Shown here: positions 53,091-64,000 of the stretch, piece by piece
Position numbering within the stretch: the stretch's first letter is position 1
How the letters are laid out: every line of letters starts with the position of its first letter
From: Octopus sinensis
Taxonomy: Eukaryota
Length of the DNA: 64,000 nt
Assembly: GCF_006345805.1 (NCBI RefSeq)
Contig: NC_043007.1
Span: 58,156,001-58,220,000, forward strand
Direction: 5' to 3'
Position numbers and translations under genes: made by a program
Notes under the pieces: model-generated
What the model saw: the letters and a program-made list of their open reading frames with translations, nothing else
Databases searched by the model: none
What the model was told of the DNA's origin: nothing

Positions 53091-54260
53091 TGCACATATA
53101 TACACACATAAACATATGCACCGATACACGTGCTTATATGTGTGTGTGCGTGTGCGTGTGTGTAGTGGGGCGGGGCTCTATCATTATCTAACTTACACTA
53201 GTGTTCCTTCTTTCGGACTGCCATTTCAGTTTATTATGCAAGGTATGTCTTTGGTTAAGATAGTATCTAAAAGACATTGTTACATTGGTTGACACTGATG
53301 GCAAGAGATACTCATAAGGAGAGTTAATTTCCAACTGAAAATATAAACTTTTCGTAAATAGTGACAAGTGTATCTGAGTTGGTAATAAAATGCGGCGTTT
53401 AGTTTAGCTTGAGCTTCACGTGGTTATCTTGAAAGCACCTGAGTCACTCTGTGAATGTCAGAGATGTCATTCTTAAAAGTAACAGCTTTACTTTGTGTGC
53501 CAATAAGCCTTAACATTTTTCAAAATATGATGGAAACAAACCTGAAAATAGTAAATTTACTGAGTGCAACGCTAAAACTAATTCTGAAAGACCGCTTAGT
53601 GTTATACCAACGTAGAAATATATATATGTAACTGGAGCACTAGACACCGATCAACTTTTCTATATGTATCTGGTTCATTAAAAACAGAAAGCAATCTTAC
53701 AATAAAAAGAATCGTTGTTGCGAAGTAAAACGTACAATGGCTTCAGTAACCGCTGTCACCTATATGTCAGTGAAAACTCAAGATTTTGACTCTGCTTTGC
53801 TATATTTTGAAAAAGAGACAAGAAAGCTACTCCATGTATAGAAATACGAGTTCTAAAACACAGAATGTATTCCTGCGACCATGATTTCGGGTTGCAAAAT
53901 AACTGAAACTATAAGTGATTCGTATGGTAGATAATACCATACGTAAAATCAACCAGTAATTAAAGCGAAATGTAATCTCTTACTACCATGTCAACAAAAG
54001 ATGCCCTCCACTGAAATTAGAAATTTTCTTGCATGAATGATATAATGTGAGTGAGATCGAGAGATCCACACTGAAAACCGAGCTAAAATTTCAGAAATAA
54101 TGAAATTTTTGCTATCCGGTCCAGTGTTTCCTCTTCCTTCGTGATTTTTAAAATAATAGCTGTAAGTAACATTCGGAAAACTAAAATCGACATCAGATAT
54201 AGAGTACGTTTCGTTGTTTGTTATGAACCACACCAGCCTGCTTAGCGTCTGTTTGATCAC

Positions 54261-54359
<99 letters not shown>

Positions 54360-54428
54360 CATACATACATACATACATACATACATACATACATACATGC
54401 ATGAATGCATGCACGTATATATACGTAT

Positions 54429-54513
<85 letters not shown>

Positions 54514-54576
54514 TAGATATATATATATGATACATATATATACATATATGTATATATATGCATATATATGTGTATA

Positions 54577-55081
54577 TCTATATATAAAACTCTAGTGTGT
54601 GAGTGTCTGTCCCCTTCGATTTAGATTCCTAACTCCTCCACATTTGCGGTGCAGTTTAACCAAATTCGGGTATCTTATAGTCGTGATTCATATCGAGCCC
54701 GTCTGACTATTAGCGCGCGTCAACGATGAGTCTACGATTTTAAAAATAATTTAACATCATTTTTTATTCCATTTTAATGCATAAAATGCATCGTATGTCG
54801 ATGTCGGCGGCGGCGGAGTTGGCGTCCACGCTCACAGCTGCACCTGTTTGCTTCTCCCCCTTCCCTCCCTCGTGAAGCTGTGGGGAAGGGAGTGTAAAGA
54901 AATCAACGTCGTAATGCATTGTAAAGGAAACCAGCGTTCTTTTAGAACAACGACTTCATGGCTTGAAGACACCAAAACAAAAATGGCTTAGAAAGCCCGA
55001 ATTTATAAGGGAAGTAACTCTCTAAAAATGCTTATATAGTTATTTCCCTTACAAACCCGAGCAACGCCGCGATACTGCTAG
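54577..55081 (+). mobile_element. Complete non-autonomous Helitron
   Basis: A|TCtatatataaaa 5' end; 3' GC-rich imperfect hairpin cccgagcaacgccgcg followed by CTAG|T; no TSD. Confidence 0.85.
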
Positions 55082-55100
55082 TTTATATATATAAATATTC

Positions 55101-55133
<33 letters not shown>

Positions 55134-55169
55134 AGATATATATATATATAATATATATTATATATATAT

Positions 55170-55219
<50 letters not shown>

Positions 55220-55376
55220 TAAATATTCATATATATATATGTATATATACAGGTATGTGGTATGTATGTATGTATGTATGTATGTATGTATGTATGTAGG
55301 TAGGTAGGTAGGTAGGTATAGGTAGGTAGGTAGGTAGGTAGGAAGGTAGGTAGGCAGGCAGGCATATTTATGTATG

Positions 55377-55413
<37 letters not shown>

Positions 55414-55737
55414 AAGTATCAGAAATAAGAATACAAATAGCAATATACTAATGGTGATAATAAGGTTAGCTAATAAATAAGCGAACGACAGGTAGGTGAA
55501 TATCTGAAGAGAGTAAGCAAGGCTTTTAGCGCCAACAAAAGAATGAACGGCGGTTGAATGTTATTGGTGGAAGAAACAATAACAACAGCAGCAAAAACTG
55601 AGGAAGTAAATGATAAGAAAAGTTGGAGACGAACAGATTAAGACGTTGAGCGGGAAAAGAACCGAAAGAAAGAAATAGTACTTTATTTATATCATGAATA
55701 TATATATAATAATATATATAAAACATATTGGTGAATA

Positions 55738-55792
<55 letters not shown>

Positions 55793-56005
55793 GTACGTGT
55801 GTGTGTGTGTATGTGCGTATGTGTGTATACACATATATATGCATATATACATATATATATATGCATATATATGTATATATATATATATACATAAATATAC
55901 ACACATATATATATATATATATATATGTATGCGCGTATGTGTATATTAATGTATATATGTACGTATTTATGTATATATGTATGTATATATGTAAATATGT
56001 GTGTG

Positions 56006-56041
<36 letters not shown>

Positions 56042-57754
56042 TGTATGTATGTATGTATGTACGTGTGTGTGTGTATCTGTGTATATAGATAGGTATGTTG
56101 GTTGTGTTGTTGATATAATGTGGTGTCTGCTTGTATTTAAGAAGCTGCGTTAATGAAATATCAATCTTTATAAACGCGGTAGTGAGTGTATATGAATATA
56201 CACCGGCGTGAGTGTATATGAGAGTGCACATTTATGGATGTTTTGTGTGAGTGTGCATGCGTGTATGCGCTTTTGATTGTGCATATGCGAACATTTGTAT
56301 ATGTATAGGTATGTTTCTTTATGTTTGAGCGTTTGTGTTCCTATGTGAATGTGTGTGTGTATTTGTGTAGTCTGTACCTATGTGATTGGGATGGAGCGTA
56401 TATTTTTGTATATGTGCATACCTACCTGTTTCTATGAGATGTTTATAAACGTGTGAGCGTGTTGTGCGAGTGTATATGTATGACGTTGGTGGCAATAAGG
56501 AAGCTGAAGGCAGTATGGGTTGGCAGCTGAGAAAACGGTGAATTTCTATGTAACTAGTAACAAAGCGAGAAATAGCAGGCAGTGATACCGATGAATAATC
56601 TAATTTTTTTCCCTCAAGGGACGGTCAGGAGGTACATAAGAATTGTGGTATGGTGGGTGAAATGAAATGGAGAGTCATAGATATAGAAGAAAGAGTTAGT
56701 GCAGAAGAAAGGAAGCACTAAAAGAGGTATTACTACATAGAGGGAGAGAACCAAAATATGAGAAAATAAAGAAAGCAAGAAAAGGAAGGAAACAATGGCT
56801 AAAGACAGCAACAAGAATCAATAATGAGAGAATACAGAGTGGGTGGCCTTAACCTAACAATAAATAATTATGTTGATGGATATTCAATATTTGTCAATGA
56901 CAAACAATATTTTCATTTCGATAGCAGCTACAGGAAACAACTTCGAACGTGTTTTAGCATCGTTCTAACCTCATTAGTAAGGTATAGCTTTAACTTATTT
57001 GCTAATAAGACTAGAATAAGCCCGGAACATGTTCAAAGACAAATTATTCTATTTGATTCATTTTGAAGTTTTGATGAAGGAAAGCTTCCAACAAGAATGT
57101 TAATGGTGCCTTGAATCTCGAAAATGGTAACAGCTGGACAGAGTGTGTTTCTTACTCTACTACGCTTGTCACAGAATTAAAATAATATTGATTTTAGATG
57201 TAACAACCAATATAACAACGGGGGAAATGAATAGGAAGTTATATAACGTTAAGATTTCCACAAGATCTTTGAAATGCTTCTTCCTTTCGATTGAAACACT
57301 GTTGTAAATTTACTGTGAAAAGGAATCCAAAACCACTGGACGGCCTTACTTGCCGAACTGAAGTACCACATAACCATTTGTGCTATAAATTGAAAGAGTT
57401 TTAGATAAAGGAAACTGATAAATTACATAGTCGAAACCTTCTGCGACTGAAGATGAAATCGTTCCCATTTGGAATTGAAAATGAGTTTCTATAACTGGAT
57501 CTCCTGAAATACAGAGTTCTCCAAAGTTAAATTTTAACAAGTCAGTTCTTAATACAGCACGATTATTGAAGAATATAGATGAATGCATTTATATTCCTGG
57601 GTGTTAGCTAGAGTTTTACAACTAGCTACGGGAATTTTTAGTAGTGAAACGAGGTTGTTGGCAATATAACTACATTTTCCTGATACTTTCTCTAAATTCA
57701 AAGATTAGGTACTGCTCTTCAGTGCCCAGATTATGCCAAATTGAAAGACTACAG

Positions 57755-58336
57755 CAGATTTCCGGGAAAGACTTCCGCCCGCCCCCACCCCATTTTCTCC
57801 CAAATTTGTTTATTTTTGTGATGTTTTTTGCCAAAAATCCCCGTTTTCGGATATGGAGTTTCCGGAAAATTGCCAAAAATCGTAACCCTAGCCGTAAAAC
57901 CATAACCCTAAAACCCTAACCCTAAAACCCTAACTCTAAAACCCTAACCCTAAAACCGTAGCCCTAACCCTAAAAGCCTAACCGTAAGTACAGAAATGTT
58001 TTGAAATTTTTGTCCGAATCATGATGTCCGTATTTTTCTGTATATTTAGAAAGAAAAAAATTCTTAAAACAAAAATTTTACAAAGAGTTTTTGAAATTAT
58101 TTTCAAATTCATAATCTCCGTATTTTTCCGCGTATTTTGAAAAAAAAAAATCCTGAAAAAAGTTTTAAATGAAGGAAATGGGGGTGGAGGGGTGGTAATT
58201 TAGAAAAGTCGATTTTTGCCAATTTTTTTTGCAGATTCGTATTCCCCGTGGCCGAAAAGGGGGATTTGTGTCGAAAAAGAATTATTTTAAAGGGTGCTTT
58301 TTGGGTGGGGACGGGTGGAAGTTTTGCCGATTTCTG
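57755..58336. mobile_element. MITE-like element with imperfect TIRs carrying telomere-like (CCCTAA) repeats
   Basis: cagatttccgggaaagacttccgcccgcccccaccc / gggtggggacgggtggaagttttgccgatttctg. 14-bp aaaccctaacccta units at 57880-57986; ~90 bp internal duplication at 57998-58168. Confidence 0.7.
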
Positions 58337-58811
58337 ATATAATCTCTAATACCAAAGGTTTTATTTGGATGGAGGGTCTGGTTATACAAACACACCACTT
58401 TCTTTTACTCGTGAATTCAAAATGTTGTCACTGTCTCTAACACGGAGCTCATTATTTAAGTAGATAACAAAAGAAAGTACTATATAGAGGAACTAGATTT
58501 CGGTAATCTATGAATAGAATACGTTTTCGATTCCTGATTTTAGACATTCCACTTCAATTACACCGTTAGTGGTGGGGGGATGGCATAACTTCGCATTAGT
58601 ATTATTTCTCTACTATTGTACTTTGGGAAAGTCATTGCTAACAAACACAAACACACTGATTAGGTTTCACTTCAGTTTTTTTGACAATATGACCCTCCCA
58701 AAATACAACAGTATTATTTTCAACAACCGATTTCACATTAAGGATCTTGCAAAACAAAATACTATAATTATGTATTAATTTATGTCTATATGTACGTACA
58801 TACACAGAACT

Positions 58812-58912
<101 letters not shown>

Positions 58913-58949
58913 GCAATAAAAGATTTTTTTTTTAAATTTCATCAGTGGC

Positions 58950-59402
58950 CAACATATAAACAAACTAACATTTTTTAATGGATACAAATAAGACGATAAT
59001 TTATTTTCGAACGCAAAGACGCCGTTAGAACAGCAGAAATATTGGGTAAATTACTCTTGACAAAGCTAAAAGAGTTTGCCTGCATACAGCTTTGGGACTT
59101 GACCCCATATCTTTTGATATGATTCCGGATAAGTACTTTACCATAAAGCTAAACTGCCCACCAACAAATCAATCCACTTTTTAGACGCCTGTAAAGCCAC
59201 ATGTGCAACCACGTTTATATAAATATAAGCAAACTAACATTTGTTTTTGTTTTTTAATAAGCGCCAAAATGTGTATATAAATACAAATAAGATAATAGTT
59301 TGTTTTCAAGCGCAGAGACGCTGTTAGAACATCAGAAACATTGGGTAGATTACCCTTACAAAGCGGAAAAAATTGTCAACAAACAGCCATGGGACTCGAT
59401 CC
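58950..59402. repeat. Diverged direct repeat (~58950-59105, ~59223-59402)
   Basis: caaactaacattt...atacaaataaga...gacgc.gttagaaca.cagaaa.attgggta.attac...tgggact. Adjacent CTGATGA on the minus strand at ~58939-58945. Confidence 0.75.
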
Positions 59403-59618
59403 GGTGTCTTCAGTACAATCAGGGGTACTACCTGGACTGACCCCATAAGCATACATTGCAAGTGATGAAGTGTCTCTCTAATGTCTAAAACCGCAAACAT
59501 TACGTGAACTTTCATTTAGAAATTTGCCTAAACTGGCGTTGAAATAGAAATGGTACAGAAACAATTGTAACTTATAATTAAAGATGTATTAAAGAATTTT
59601 CTTTGTCTTCTTTTCATT

Positions 59619-59719
<101 letters not shown>

Positions 59720-59732
59720 TACATATATATAA

Positions 59733-59774
<42 letters not shown>

Positions 59775-59829
59775 CCATCTATCTATCTATATATAATACA
59801 CACACACACATATATATATATATGAATGT

Positions 59830-60823
59830 AGAAATGAAACAAAAATGAGCTACGAGAAATAATTCAAAGTTATCTTTATTCATGTCGGCCAACATGACCC
59901 TAATAGCAGACATCAATGTGTTTTGGTATTGTGGACAAGCTTGTTGGTCTCCCTCTCGACGAAGCAGTCCAGAAGGATTAAACGAGGAGAGCTAGGAAGC
60001 CTAATGTTCGGAGTGGCATTATCGCTAAAATTTTTTCGATCTACTACTCCGGAGTCATGCAGTCTGAGAAGGGTCAGAGTCTTGTTGGAACACGTGTGGT
60101 CTAAGTATGGAAAAGTACACTACTGAATAGTGAACACATATTGTTAAATTTTGTCACCAACACCAAGGATCAATAATTCAGACTCAACGAGCATATCGTC
60201 GTCATTATGGAGGGGTTAGATCAAGTGAATCAATGGGCAGGCGATTAATTGGTTGTTTTGAGGATCGACATTCCAAGAATATGTAGACCACACTCCGTTA
60301 GAAACGAAGTCACGGTCAGGCGTGTGAGGGAGAGTATTGAAGAAGAACTGACAGCATCAACGCGAAGATGCTCTGGACAAGTTGGAGTCTGCAGGATATC
60401 ACTCCAACGAATTTTAAATACAATTGATCTTTTTTAAAATTCAATTGGTGCAACAGCTGAAAGAACTAGATTATGTTGCTAGATTACAGTATGCCACAAG
60501 ATTCCAAGAATTAGCAAAAGAAGATCCATCTCGTTCTCCAGATCTAACCCCTCCAGACTTTTTTTTATGGAAAAAGTTTGTCAACAAGCCGCAAACAATT
60601 GCGGATCTTAAAAATAACATTAGAAGAGAAATTAGATCACTGCAGCCACGAACGTTAAGGGCTATTTTGCAAAACGCCTTAAAAAGAGCACGCTTATACG
60701 AATTGGAAAATGGACGCCATTTACACGATATCATCATTCATATCTAGGAGAAATAAATCTCACATCCTTAAATAAACGAGCTATTAAATATTGAAACCTC
60801 TTCGTGACTTCTGAGCGACCCTG
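59830..60823 (+). mobile_element. Decayed Tc1/mariner-superfamily element (left TIR not seen)
   Basis: VRRVRESIEE..STRR, KIQLVQQLKELDYVARLQYA, PSRSPDLTPPDFFLW, ENGRHLHDII. Right end gagcgaccctg-TA. Confidence 0.8.
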
Positions 60824-60835
60824 TATTTATATATA

Positions 60836-61685
60836 TTGCGTCATCTCATACATAATGCGGTTTTTTCAATTGCATGAACTAAAAGTTGGAGAGGGAAGGG
60901 ATAAACTATCTGAATCAACTTGCTTTAAAAGCAAGCAGTAATTTTACCTTGTCCTTATTCTTAATGCAGGTTTTGAGGTGTGCTGTTCGATTTTAACAAT
61001 TATCTTCATAAAGCTATATTGCAAGTGACAAAGGAGCATATTCGGCATATTTTGCTTTATGAGTTCAACAAAGGCAACAACGCAACGGAAAGTGCAAGGA
61101 ATATGAATGCAGTACATGGGGATCGGACAAGAAGCGCAAGCCAGTGTCAACGGTGGTTCCAGAAATTCTGAGCCCGAAACTACAGCCTAAAAGATGAGTC
61201 TCGTTCAGCAAACCCTGTTGAGGAACTAGCAGAGAAGCTTGGATTTGATCATTCAACTTTTCATCGCCACCCGCGTGCCATCAGAAAAGTCAGCAAATTG
61301 AGTTAACGGGTTCCTCACAAACTTTCCGAATATGTATGCTCGGCCACATACAGCGAGAATGATACTCCAAAGGCTGAAGAAGTTTGAATGGGAATCGATA
61401 TTCGCCAGACATTATCCCATCTGATTTTCATTTATTCCGTAGCCTTCAAAATCATTTGAACGAAAAAACATGAATTCTGTAGACGAGGTCAGAACAGCAC
61501 GGGAGGAGTATTTTTCGTCACGGACAAGTGAATTTTAGAAGAGGGGCCTTGTAAGTCTACCAGATAGATGGAAAAGAATTGTAGAAAATGAAAGAGAGTA
61601 TATTTTAGATCAAAAAAGAACTTATCTTAATTTTGAACAATAGAAAAAAGTTTTTAAAAAACGCATTATTTATGGGATGACCCAA
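60836..61685 (+). mobile_element. Internally deleted mariner
   Basis: TIRs ttgcgtcatctcatacataatgcggtttt / aaaacgcattatttatgggatgacccaa. KEHIRHILLYEFNKGNNATESARN...CQRWFQKF; PSDFHLFRSLQNHL. Confidence 0.92.
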
Positions 61686-61689
61686 TGTA

Positions 61690-62561
61690 CAGAGTGGGTG
61701 GAAAGTTACTAAGCATTAGAAATTGGTTCTAGACTTTTTAGTATCACTGAAGTCATGACGAAGACATTTTTTAAACAAACAACACTAATGGGGATTTCTT
61801 ATTTTCTTATTGTTTTATTCCTTATTTTCCAGATGGCCGGTCGCTTGACTGTTCAGGAGCGAGCTAAGATAGCAGCACGCTATCAAGTGTGGAATTCCAT
61901 TGATTCGGTTCAGATATGGTGGCGTGCATGGAAAGATAAGCATGCAACATTACGTCCGGAGACAATAAAAAGTTGTTATGCAAAGCTGATGACCACGGGC
62001 TCTGTGAACGATGCAAGAAGTGGCCGTCCAATAACATCCCGATTAGTGGAGGACATGGCAACGCTGCAGGAAATGTTTAATCGCAGCCCGCAAAAAAAAC
62101 AACACATCAAGCAGCTCGTGAAAGTGGACTAACAAGACACACGATACGTACGGTGTTGCATAAAGAATTGGATTTTCGTCCGTGAAAACCCCATTACGTG
62201 CAGGAGCTGAAAGTTGAAGACTGATCGCAGAAGTCCAGAACTCCGGAACTCCAAGAAGTTCAGATCTTATGTCATGTCACTTTTATTTGTGGGGTTACAC
62301 GAAAGAGGTGTACAAGACAAAACCTCGCATACTGGAGGACTTGGAGACACGGATTCAGGAGGTTCTCAATGATATCCCAGACGCCGTCCTTCAGAAGGTT
62401 GTTCATCCATCCCTGGGCGCTTCAGGTTAAAAGATGAAGATTATTTACTTTCATTTCCCCCATGTAATAAAGCACCCCTATCATTTCTTTCAATAAATGT
62501 GTAAAAGGAACATGGATTTTATTACCAATTTTTAATGCCTACTTACTTTTCACCCACCCTC
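61690..62561 (+). mobile_element. Internally deleted Tc1/mariner element
   Basis: TA-flanked TIRs cagagtgggtggaaagttactaagcatta / taatgcctacttacttttcacccaccctc. MAGRLTVQERAKIAARYQVWNS...TTGSVNDARSGRP. Confidence 0.9.
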
Positions 62562-62569
62562 TATATCTA

Positions 62570-63834
62570 CAGGTTGGGGAAGCAAAACTTGGAAAATAAT
62601 AGATAATTCACCAAATTGTTTATATTACAACAACCAGCAATCTGACATAAATACAATTATAACACAAGTGTATAAGGGTATAAAGAGAAATTTATTCAAT
62701 ATGTCTGCCGTCATTGTCCACCACAGCCTTCATACGCCTGTTGAAGGCGTCACAACTCTTCATGATGAAGTACTCAGACATGTTGTCCCACTCTTCCCTC
62801 AGGATTTGCTTAAGATGATGAAGACTTGGATGCGAAGTTCTGTTGGTAGAGTGCTCCAATTTGTTCCATAGAGCATAGTCCATGGAGTTCAAGTCTAGGC
62901 TGGAAGAAAGCTAGAAGTTTGCAAGCCAAACATCAGCGAAGTTGTCTTCACAGAACTTCTGCACCTTCTTTGCTGTATAAGCAGGTGCACCATCTTGGGT
63001 CCACGCATAATTACCGTTGCAGTAGTTAGACTTCAGCCAAGGTAAAACCGTATACCGCAGAACTTTATAATAAACGTCAGTTCCCACCTTTACCCCAGAC
63101 TTGAAAAAATGAGAGGCATCTTTTTTCTGTCAGACGCTTCAACTCCCAGTATCATGACCTGAGCTGGGGGCTTGGTCCTAAAGGCGCCCTTTACTTCAGA
63201 AGGTGACTTAGCAATGCATCGATCATTGTGACGCTTTAAGACAATATCAGCGGTAAAGATATCTTTATCTGAAAAAAACCTGACGGCTTGTTCATTGTGC
63301 TTCAGGTATCGCAACACATTTTTGGCCCTTTCATGCTTTTTGTCTTTCATTGTATGAAAGGTGTTTCGGGGTCCTCACATATAAACCCAAATGTAAATCA
63401 GTGTGTACAGCATTTCTGATGGTCTTTGGATCAACATTCATGCCCGTGGACAGTTTTCTCATGGATGTTGTTGGGACTTCCAAAATTTTGGTTTTTAGAG
63501 AGTTAAAAATGCATTTTCCCGTTTTATATTTATGTTTCTACTCCCTTGCTTTCTCTTGATGCCTCCAATATCCTGCATTCAGTTCTGAACGTTGTAGACA
63601 TTGCTCACAGAGGCCCCAACAGTCTGAGCAATAGTCTAATTGCAACCCCGGCACGAAGCAAATCTGCAATGCGTTGTCTCTTGGCTTACTATTAAGTGGA
63701 CATGTTAGATCGTATGACTGGAATGTCTTCTTAAATTAACTCTATATACCTCTACCCTGAAATAGAAAGCAGTATTTTAGTACATATGAAAAAGAAGTCT
63801 TCCAAAATATTGCAAGTTTTGCTTCCCCACCCTG
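62570..63834 (-). mobile_element. Full-length decayed Tc1/mariner element, probably DD37D (maT)
   Basis: TA-flanked TIRs caggttggggaagcaaaacttg / caagttttgcttccccaccctg. FFSDKDIFT, KPPAQVMILG, QDGAPAYTAK, SLDLNSMDYALW. Confidence 0.93.
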
Positions 63835-64000
63835 TATATATATGCATTACTGCGCTTATGTGATAGCTAAAGATAGATAGAGAGAGAGAGAGAGAGATAA
63901 ACAGAAAGACAGACAGATAGATGTACAAACATATATACGCATCATTGCGTTTATGTAATAGCTAGATATAGACAGACACAGGCAGATAGGCTGGCGAACA

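Noticed and set aside
57880-57986. True telomere or chromosome-fusion scar
   Set aside because: Short, degenerate, single orientation and enclosed by TIR-like ends.

Overview
AT-rich animal genomic DNA crowded with microsatellites and repeats, most likely octopus. This is inferred from tRNA-derived SINEs resembling the octopus OR/OK families and from the extreme (TA)n/(GATA)n/(GTAT)n load. No host gene can be called with confidence; the only candidate is a weak His/Gln-rich first exon at 640-756 on the minus strand. Most ORF-track entries are microsatellite artefacts. Mobile elements seen: at least 9 Tc1/mariner copies (four abutting at 59.8-63.8 kb), a near-full-length decayed RTE LINE with C-terminal C2H2 fingers, a 5'-truncated CR1/L2-group LINE with an uninterrupted RT ORF, an R4/Dong-like fragment, a Gypsy gag-protease relic, Helitron-type elements and many SINEs. 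The most notable signal is a dispersed set of short non-coding elements, several of them fold-back inverted repeats. They carry type I hammerhead ribozyme motifs with minimal, often palindromic stem III and sometimes very long stem II, at about 4.8, 8.6, 9.05, 9.8/10.2, 23.7, 43.75 and 47.3 kb. This suggests several Penelope-derived or retrozyme-like non-autonomous families. All alignments and folds were done by eye.
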